From Caldilineae bacterium (GTDB lineage Bacteria > Chloroflexota > Anaerolineae > DTLA01), in contig JBBIHX010000007.1 in the NCBI GenBank assembly GCA_037446815.1, forward strand, positions 1-41,908: 41,908 bases of DNA, in the 5' to 3' direction. Shown piece after piece: positions 7,715 through 14,456 of the stretch. Each line of letters begins with the position of its first letter. The stretch's first letter is position 1. The position numbers and the translations under genes were made by a program. The notes below the pieces were generated by a model, which saw nothing but the letters and a program-made list of their open reading frames with translations, ran no database searches and was not told the origin of the DNA.

Positions 7715-9199
7715 CTATTTGGGCATCATCGCCAGGGTCTCCATGGCCAGCCGCGCGGTGTTGTCGGAGTTGATGATGCTGTAGGCCGCGCGGATGTCGT
7801 CGGCGGCGACCTGTGGCGCGAAGTTGAAGTTCCAGAAGGCCATCATGCCCACGTAGGGCCGTGCGCGCCCGAGGGCATAGGCTTCTACGAGGTAGAGGGC
7901 CTGTTCTTGCTCGGTGTTGTCGGCGGCGTATTCGCGCCCTGCGATGGGCGTGGTGCTGGAGGGCCAGCCGAACTTTACCAGCCAGATTTGTTTGGCCCCG
8001 TCGCCATGCTTCTGCATGACGGGGTACAGGAGTTCAAAACTTCGGAGGTAAAGGGACCAGTCGCCCTTGAACGTGGTGCTGTCGGCGGTGCTGCGGGTGG
8101 GGTCGTCGGCGGGCGGGTTGTTGTAGCCCCAGGATTGCGCGCCGACGGCGTCAAAGTGCCCTTTGGCTCCGGCCTGGTACATCTCGTCCAGGTACACGTG
8201 GGGCTGGATGGCCTCACGCGGGTCGTGGCTGCCGGTGGGCATGAGCGCCGCTGTTACGACGATGGCCTGCGAGTCGGCGGCTTTTACCGCGGCATTGGCG
8301 AGCCGAAGGAGTTGCGTGTACTCCGACGCGGCCATGACGCCGTTGCCACCCCAGATGGGCGCCGCATTGGGCGGGTCCCAGATTTCGTATGCCTGCACCT
8401 GCCCTCGGTAGCGAGCGGCCATGCGGCCCAGCAGGTCGGCGTAGCGCTGCATCTCGTCGGGGGTGAGGGTTAGGGCATCGCGCTGGCGTGGCACGTCTTC
8501 GGGCGGGAATCCACCCACTTGCAGCAGGATGCGGACGCCTTCCGCCGATGCGTCGGCCACCAGGCGGTCCAGTTCGCTCCAGTGGTATTGGCCGGCGGGC
8601 CATTCAACGGCGGCCCAGCGGACTTCCTGACGTAGCCAGCCGAACCCGATGCCACGGATGCCCTGCAGGATGGCGCGATGTTCCTGGCCGAGCAACTGCA
8701 CATTGGCGGCATAGCGGAATGGTTGCTGTCCGGGCTTGCGCGTGGGCGAGGGCAGGACGGTCGCCGTGCGGTAGGGTTTCGTGGGAATGAGCAGCCTGGC
8801 CCCCGGCCGCAACGGGGCGTTGGCCTTCAGGTGATTGGCCACGAGGATATGCCAGGGCGATGCCTTGTATTTGCAGGCCACCGAGGCCAAGGTGTCGCCC
8901 GCGCGGACAATGTGGGTGGGCCAGTGGGCGGGGGCGGCGACGCGCAGGGCGGGGCCGGGGACCAAGATCTGTTGGCCCACGGACAAGGTTGCGTCCGCCG
9001 GAATGCCGTTAGCCTGAGCGATGGCCGCGGCGCTGGTGCTGTAGATGCTGGCGATAGCGTCCAGGGTGTCGCCCCAGCCGACGGTGTACACGCTCCACGG
9101 CACGCGGCCCTGGGCGCGCGCATCGGGCACGCACGCGGGCAGACACGCGCCGGCGAGCAAGATCGCCACAAGGAGCCATCGCCACCACAGTCGCTGCAT
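7715..9199 (-). CDS. Secreted 2xLysM plus GH-A (GH5/GH39-like) barrel protein lacking catalytic glutamates (494 aa)
   Basis: Signal peptide MQRLWWRWLLVAILLAGACLPAC and two LysM domains (YTVGWGDTLDAIA, HIVRAGDTLASVA). The barrel has GFGWLRQEVRWAAVE, YEIWDPPN, IWLVKFGW and MMAFWNFN. Start 9199 is preferred over 9244 because the upstream promoter places the TSS near 9240. Confidence 0.85.
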   Translation of the reverse strand: MQRLWWRWLLVAILLAGACLPACVPDARAQGRVPWSVYTVGWGDTLDAIASIYSTSAAAIAQANGIPADATLSVGQQILVPGPALRVAAPAHWPTHIVRAGDTLASVACKYKASPWHILVANHLKANAPLRPGARLLIPTKPYRTATVLPSPTRKPGQQPFRYAANVQLLGQEHRAILQGIRGIGFGWLRQEVRWAAVEWPAGQYHWSELDRLVADASAEGVRILLQVGGFPPEDVPRQRDALTLTPDEMQRYADLLGRMAARYRGQVQAYEIWDPPNAAPIWGGNGVMAASEYTQLLRLANAAVKAADSQAIVVTAALMPTGSHDPREAIQPHVYLDEMYQAGAKGHFDAVGAQSWGYNNPPADDPTRSTADSTTFKGDWSLYLRSFELLYPVMQKHGDGAKQIWLVKFGWPSSTTPIAGREYAADNTEQEQALYLVEAYALGRARPYVGMMAFWNFNFAPQVAADDIRAAYSIINSDNTARLAMETLAMMPK

Positions 9200-9246
9200 A
9201 TCAGTTCCGCCCTGTGCCTTATCGGTCAACATAATCTGACTCATAC

Positions 9247-9276
9247 ATGATACTGGGTCTCGGTATGGCCTGTCAA
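9247..9276 (-). promoter_or_regulatory. Internal sigma70 promoter immediately after the ftsZ stop
   Basis: TTGACA (9271-9276), 18 nt, TATCAT (9247-9252). Confidence 0.6.
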
Positions 9277-9277
9277 C

Positions 9278-10501
9278 TCACGTATGCGCAACATCGCTGA
9301 AGCGCGCCGATTGGAGCCGCCGTCTCAGAAATGCGGGCACATCCAGGCTGTTGGGATCCCACCGCGTGGTGTAGGATGGCCATTCCTCGGGCGCGCCGTC
9401 GGCAGGGGCCTGCGCCGATTCCGGCGGAGGGGACGGCGCCTCGGCGGGTTGGGCGCCCTCATCGGCCGGTGTGGTGATTCTGGGTTGGGGCAGGCGGCCC
9501 GACGTTGCGCGGACGGGGATTTCGGCTCCCGCGACCTGGATAACCTGGGGTTCGGCGACGCCAATGCCGGTTGCCACCAGGGTAACCTGCACGCGGCCTT
9601 TCATCGCGGGGTCTATGGTGGTGCCGACCTTGATGTTGGCGTCCGGGCTGGCATGGGAGGCGATGATTTCGGCGGCCTCGCCCACTTCGGCCAGCGAGAG
9701 GTCATCGCCGCCGGTGATGTTGACCAGCACGCCGGTGCACCCCTGGATGGAGTCCAGGCTGACGAGGGGGCACTTGAGCGCCGCATGGACGGCGTCGGCG
9801 ACGCGCTTGGGGCCGCGCCCCTGGCCTATGGACATGAGGGCCTGGCCGCCGATGGTCATGATGGCGCGGACGTCCGCGAAGTCCAGGTTGATGATGCCCG
9901 GCTGGGTTACCAGTTCCGCGATGCCCTGTACCGCCTGGCGCAGCACGTCGTCCGCCACGCGGAAGGCGACGTCCAGGGTCATGTGCTGGGACACGAGTTG
10001 CAGGAGGCGGTCGTTGGGCACGACGATGAGGGTGTCCACGTGCTCGCGCAGGCTTGCGATGCCTCGCTCGGCGGCCCGCTGCCTGCGGGTGCCCTCAAAC
10101 GAGAATGGGCGGGTAACGATGGCGACGGTGAGGGCTTGTGTCTCCCGCGCGATGCGGGCGACGATGGGGGCCGCGCCGGTGCCCGTGCCGCCGCCCATGC
10201 CCGCCGCGATGAAAATCATGTGCGCGCCGGCCAGATGTTGGCGCAGGTCGTTCTGGGATTCCAGCGCGGCTTGGAATCCGATGTCCGGATTGCCGCCCGC
10301 GCCCAGGCCCCGCGTGAGGGTCTTGCCCAGTTGGATGCGCGTGCAGGGTTCGGATGATGCCAGCGATTGGGCGTCGGTGTTGGCGGCGATAAACTCCACG
10401 CCTGGGATGCCAATCTGGATCATGCGGCTGATTGCGTTGACGCCTGCGCCTCCGACGCCGATGACTTTGATGCGAATGGGATAGGTCGGTTTGTCTGCCA
10501 T
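9278..10501 (-). CDS. ftsZ: Cell division protein FtsZ (407 aa)
   Basis: IKVIGVGGAGVNA, NTDAQSL, GLGAGGNPDIG, tubulin signature GMGGGTGTG, T7 loop NLDFAD, a Pro/Glu-rich linker and C-terminal peptide LDVPAFLRRR. GGAGG SD precedes ATG 10501, so the track start at 11329 is over-extended. Confidence 0.97.
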   Translation of the reverse strand: MADKPTYPIRIKVIGVGGAGVNAISRMIQIGIPGVEFIAANTDAQSLASSEPCTRIQLGKTLTRGLGAGGNPDIGFQAALESQNDLRQHLAGAHMIFIAAGMGGGTGTGAAPIVARIARETQALTVAIVTRPFSFEGTRRQRAAERGIASLREHVDTLIVVPNDRLLQLVSQHMTLDVAFRVADDVLRQAVQGIAELVTQPGIINLDFADVRAIMTIGGQALMSIGQGRGPKRVADAVHAALKCPLVSLDSIQGCTGVLVNITGGDDLSLAEVGEAAEIIASHASPDANIKVGTTIDPAMKGRVQVTLVATGIGVAEPQVIQVAGAEIPVRATSGRLPQPRITTPADEGAQPAEAPSPPPESAQAPADGAPEEWPSYTTRWDPNSLDVPAFLRRRLQSARFSDVAHT

Positions 10502-10518
10502 GGCCGCCTCCGTGTGCG

Positions 10519-13056
10519 TTAGGGATTCCAGTTGAGCCAGCGGCTTAGCCATTCTTCCAGGCTTGACCAGTGGAATGGCCCCGAACCTTTGACCTCCAGG
10601 GCCACCGGGCCGAGTAGGTTGTTCTGCTCGTCCGACTCGGCCACAAGGCCGGTGTCGCCTTCGGTATGGTAAGCATCTGCCAGCACGTAGATGCTGTGCA
10701 TACCGCTTGCCAGATTCCCCGCGAAGTTGCCGTACTGCGGGTACGGATCCGCGGAAGACAGGATAACTTCCTCGCCTGGGGCCAGGTCGGGGACGTACCA
10801 CAGGATGCCGACGCCCAGGGCACTGGCGATGGAGTTGACATAAGGTTTGACCCTCGGGTCTATGTACAGTTGCACCCAGAAGCCCGGCGCAGGGCCATCG
10901 CCTTGATTGCGGACGGTTACACGGAGCAGGATGGGTTCGCCCGACTGCGGTTGCGGCGGGAAGACTTCCAGCCCGCTGACGACGATGTCCGGCGCGGTCG
11001 GGGCGGGCGCAGGCGATGGCTCCGGCGTCGGCTCCGGGGTCGGTTTGGGCGGGCACGCCTCGCAGGGGAGCGGGTACGCCGGGCTTTCGGCCAGGTTGCC
11101 GGCGAGGTCGGAGATGCGGAAGCGCACCAGCGTTGCCTCGCCGGGTATGCGGGCGTAGAGGGCGGCCTCTGGGCCTTCGGGCGTTACGATGGCGTCCTGC
11201 CAGACGCTCCACGTGGCCCCGCCGTCGGGCGACCAGGCGGCGAAGGCGCTGGCGGGATCCAGGCCGCTTTCGTCGTCGCGCACGCGCACGGCGATCTCGC
11301 CCATGTTGGATTGCACCGCGTCGGTCCACGCGCCGGGCGGGTTGGGATCGTAGAAGATTTGCGCAACCGATGGCTGGGACGAGAGGCCCGCCTTGTCCGT
11401 TACGCGCACAGAGTACGTGCGCGGGCCCGGGATTTCGGGCAGGGGCAGGGTCAACTCGCGCACGTAGGGCTGCGCGGGCGCGCTGCTTGGGTCATCGCCC
11501 AGGCCTATCTGCATGGCCTCAACGCCGCTGCCCACGTCCAGCGCCTCAACGGTCAGGGTGATGGTGGCCTGCGTGGCATACGGCGCACCGTTGTTGATGA
11601 GGAGCGTGGCCTGGGGTGGCGTGTTGTCCACCAACACCATCAGGGACTGGGCCGCTTCTTCGCCGCGGGCGTTGTGGGCCACGGCCTTGAGCAGGTGATC
11701 GCCGTCTGTGGCCGCCGTGGTGTCCCACTCGTGCTGAAGCGATGTCCCGATCTTGCGCTTGACCGGCTTGCCGTCTATGTAAAGGGTAACGTCCGATGTC
11801 GCCACGCCGCCCTGGACCTCTATCGTCTGAACGCCGGATAGGGCGCGGTCGGCTGTCGGCGATACGAAGCGCACCGACGGCGCCTGCCGATGGATGATTT
11901 CGGCGACTTGCTCGCGGAGCGCGGGGAGGCGGCTCTGCACCTGGTCGCCCGGGCACGTGGTGGACTTGGTTTCGCGGTGCCCGGCGATGTTGGGCAGGTC
12001 CAGGTCGCGGAAGATGCTGCGCCCGGTCGGGTCAATGCCGTAGCGGTCGCACACCCAGGCGACCAGGCGGGCCAGGGCGTTCATCATGGCCTCGGTGGGC
12101 GGCTCGGTCTGGAAGTCGCCGATGAGCGAGATGCCGACAGAACCCTCGTTGAAGCCGTAGTCGTGGCCGCCGACGACGCCTTCGCCCCCCTTGCGCCCCT
12201 CGTAGATGTTGCCGAGGCGGTCAATGAGGTAGTTGTAGCCGATGTCGCCCCAGCCGCGGGTTATGGCGTGGTAGTAGTACACGGCGCGGACGGTGGCGGC
12301 GGGGTCCTGCTTGGGGTCGTTGGGGGTGGCCGTGTGGTGGATGATGATCTTCACGGGCTTCACGTACTTCGGTTCCCATGTCATCAGGGTCTCGTCGGCG
12401 CCCCACCCTCGCCGCGGGATGATGGCAGGACGCTGCACGCCCGGGCCTTCGCCCTGGGGCAGGACCATCTGCATGGCTTCCTGCACGGTGGGGCCGGGCT
12501 GCGTGTCGGCGAAGGTCCAGGTTACGGCGGAGACAACGGGCGTCGCCTGGCCGTCGGCAGACGCGAACAGCAATCGGTACTGGATGAACCGCGCGCTCTG
12601 GGCGTATACCATATGGCCGGGCCAGTCTTCGGCGGCGGAGCGCACATCCTCGTCGGGCAGCAGTTCCTGCCACTCGGTCCACTCCTTGCCGTCGGCGCTG
12701 GTGCGGACGGCGAGGGTCAGGCTGGTGCTGGGGGGAATCTCGGCCTCCCAGCGCCACACTGCCACCGAGAACGGCGCGACGGCCGGGGCGTAGGGCGGAG
12801 ACGTGTACACGCCCGCGCTTTCGTAGCGGCCTTCGGCGTTGCGGGCGAGGGTCAGTTCGCCGTCCCCCTGGCGTTCAATCTGAATGCGCTGCAAGGTGCC
12901 GCGTTTGAAGTCCGACACCGTGGACTGCGTCCATGTGCTCGCGCTCAACGCCTGCGGTTCCGCATTTTGCAGTCCCACCTCTGCGCACCCGGCGATGGAC
13001 AGCACGAGCGCGATGATCCCGAAAAGACACGCGGCACGCAAGGCATGGCGTTTCAT
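10519..13056 (-). CDS. Lipoprotein N-acetylmuramoyl-L-alanine amidase (Amidase_2/PGRP type) with Ig-like and C-terminal CARDB-like domains (845 aa)
   Basis: Lipobox IAGC. Zn ligands and catalytic residues intact: IIHHTA, GDIGYNY, IAGHRE, TCPG. Ig-like LYIDG..WDTT..DGDH.LKAVA and CARDB-like PDIVVSGL..VTVRNQG. The start overlaps the upstream stop (ATGA). Confidence 0.9.
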   Translation of the reverse strand: MKRHALRAACLFGIIALVLSIAGCAEVGLQNAEPQALSASTWTQSTVSDFKRGTLQRIQIERQGDGELTLARNAEGRYESAGVYTSPPYAPAVAPFSVAVWRWEAEIPPSTSLTLAVRTSADGKEWTEWQELLPDEDVRSAAEDWPGHMVYAQSARFIQYRLLFASADGQATPVVSAVTWTFADTQPGPTVQEAMQMVLPQGEGPGVQRPAIIPRRGWGADETLMTWEPKYVKPVKIIIHHTATPNDPKQDPAATVRAVYYYHAITRGWGDIGYNYLIDRLGNIYEGRKGGEGVVGGHDYGFNEGSVGISLIGDFQTEPPTEAMMNALARLVAWVCDRYGIDPTGRSIFRDLDLPNIAGHRETKSTTCPGDQVQSRLPALREQVAEIIHRQAPSVRFVSPTADRALSGVQTIEVQGGVATSDVTLYIDGKPVKRKIGTSLQHEWDTTAATDGDHLLKAVAHNARGEEAAQSLMVLVDNTPPQATLLINNGAPYATQATITLTVEALDVGSGVEAMQIGLGDDPSSAPAQPYVRELTLPLPEIPGPRTYSVRVTDKAGLSSQPSVAQIFYDPNPPGAWTDAVQSNMGEIAVRVRDDESGLDPASAFAAWSPDGGATWSVWQDAIVTPEGPEAALYARIPGEATLVRFRISDLAGNLAESPAYPLPCEACPPKPTPEPTPEPSPAPAPTAPDIVVSGLEVFPPQPQSGEPILLRVTVRNQGDGPAPGFWVQLYIDPRVKPYVNSIASALGVGILWYVPDLAPGEEVILSSADPYPQYGNFAGNLASGMHSIYVLADAYHTEGDTGLVAESDEQNNLLGPVALEVKGSGPFHWSSLEEWLSRWLNWNP

Positions 13057-14444
13057 GGCGTGTCCCCTCCGTGGGGCGAGGGCGCCTCGCTTGCCTCAAA
13101 GTTGAGGAAGCGGCGGCCCTGGCTCGCCAGTTGGTCCAGGATTTTCTGCGTTTCGGCGGCGTCGGCGCCCGCGACTCGCTCCACGCGGCAGCCCGCGGCG
13201 CGAAGCGTCGCCTCGGCGCTGGAAGGCACGCCGGGCGGCTTGCCGATGATGGTTACATACCGGGCGAGGGATGCTTCTTCCACGCTGAAGCCGCACACGG
13301 GCTTGAAGGCCTTGACGTAGTTCGCCAGCATGCGCCAGTACCATTCGGACACGCCCCACTCCCAAACCGGGCACAGGACGTAGTGATAGATGGGATGCTC
13401 TCGCGGGGTTGTGCCTGGATCGGGAGCGGGCTGCGGTTGCGCGTTCTGGCGGGGGTGCTTGGGCAGGTCCTTCATGGCCTGAACCGCCGGCAACCGATGG
13501 CCGCTCTCCTTGTACCAAGCGTGGGCTTCAAATTGGCTCCCGTGGCTGTTGGCGAGAAGCCAGAAGGCGTTGTTGAACAGGTAGTCGGGCACGACGTTGT
13601 CCATGAGCATCTTGGTCATGTCCACGGCGATGCGGGCGTGAGCGGCTTCGTCCACGGGCGGGTACTTGGCGTGGTCATGCGCGCCGACGATGGGCCCGTT
13701 CTCGTAGCAGATGAGGGGCAGCGAACGACCCACACGGGCCCGGATGATGGCATCGTACCACTCAAACAGGTAGAAGCCCACATGGTCCTGGCTGCCTTCG
13801 GGGCAATAATAGGGGCGGGCGTTGGGCCAGCGCGCAGGGCCGCCCTTGCCCCAGTCTAGGGGCTTGTTGGACACGTAGTTGTGAATGGCGACGGCCATGG
13901 TGTCAAACAGGCCTTCCTTGCCCTTGAGCACAAGGTAGTCCAGCGCGGTCTTTAGGAAGACCGTGTCCCAGTAGTTGCCGCCTGGACTCAACGGCGTGAA
14001 TACGGGATACAGGCCCGCGGCCTTCATCGTCTCCAGGCAGGGGATGAGCATGTCCATGAATCGGTCCACCAGCGCAGGCTTGGCCCATTCGGCCCAGTCC
14101 CACTCGTTGGTGAGGTTGGGCTCGTTGTAGACGTGGGCATAGTGCACGCCGAGGGCCTTGTAGGTCTCCAGCAGCGAGCGCAGGGCCTTTTGGTCTATGG
14201 GGCGAACCGTCGGGGTGTACACGCGGATGAGCGGCTCAATGTCGGCTTGCACCAGCGCCTTGATGAAGAACGACGGGATGGGGTCGCTCACGTCCGAGAG
14301 CAGCACCAACCATGATGCGCCCATGGCCTTCAGTTCGGGCAGCCAGAAGTCCAGGTCGGCCTTGCTGTAGTGGAACAAGTTCGGATAGTAGTGGAAGCCG
14401 ATGCCTGTGTCTCCCTTGGGTCGCCAGTATGCTTTGATGTCCAC
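13053..14444 (-). CDS. Putative clan GH-A glycoside hydrolase with both catalytic Glu residues, plus one cell-wall-binding-repeat-2-like C-terminal unit (463 aa)
   Basis: GTG start with AGGAGG SD. VYNEPN (acid/base E108) and ICYENG (nucleophile candidate E248). C-terminal YVTIIGKPPGVPSSAEATLRAAGCRVERVAGADAAET resembles CWB2 repeats. No signal peptide; the family is uncertain. Confidence 0.7.
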   Translation of the reverse strand: MDIKAYWRPKGDTGIGFHYYPNLFHYSKADLDFWLPELKAMGASWLVLLSDVSDPIPSFFIKALVQADIEPLIRVYTPTVRPIDQKALRSLLETYKALGVHYAHVYNEPNLTNEWDWAEWAKPALVDRFMDMLIPCLETMKAAGLYPVFTPLSPGGNYWDTVFLKTALDYLVLKGKEGLFDTMAVAIHNYVSNKPLDWGKGGPARWPNARPYYCPEGSQDHVGFYLFEWYDAIIRARVGRSLPLICYENGPIVGAHDHAKYPPVDEAAHARIAVDMTKMLMDNVVPDYLFNNAFWLLANSHGSQFEAHAWYKESGHRLPAVQAMKDLPKHPRQNAQPQPAPDPGTTPREHPIYHYVLCPVWEWGVSEWYWRMLANYVKAFKPVCGFSVEEASLARYVTIIGKPPGVPSSAEATLRAAGCRVERVAGADAAETQKILDQLASQGRRFLNFEASEAPSPHGGDTP

Positions 14445-14456
14445 GTGCTCCTCCTG

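Noticed and set aside
10502-11329. N-terminal extensions in the ORF track for FtsZ, and likewise for the mutase (to 4563), DeoR (30965), the RR (25643), the HK (28587) and RlmN (41165)
   Set aside because: They overlap upstream genes or promoters. Strong SDs and family N-termini support the shorter starts (the RlmN start remains uncertain).
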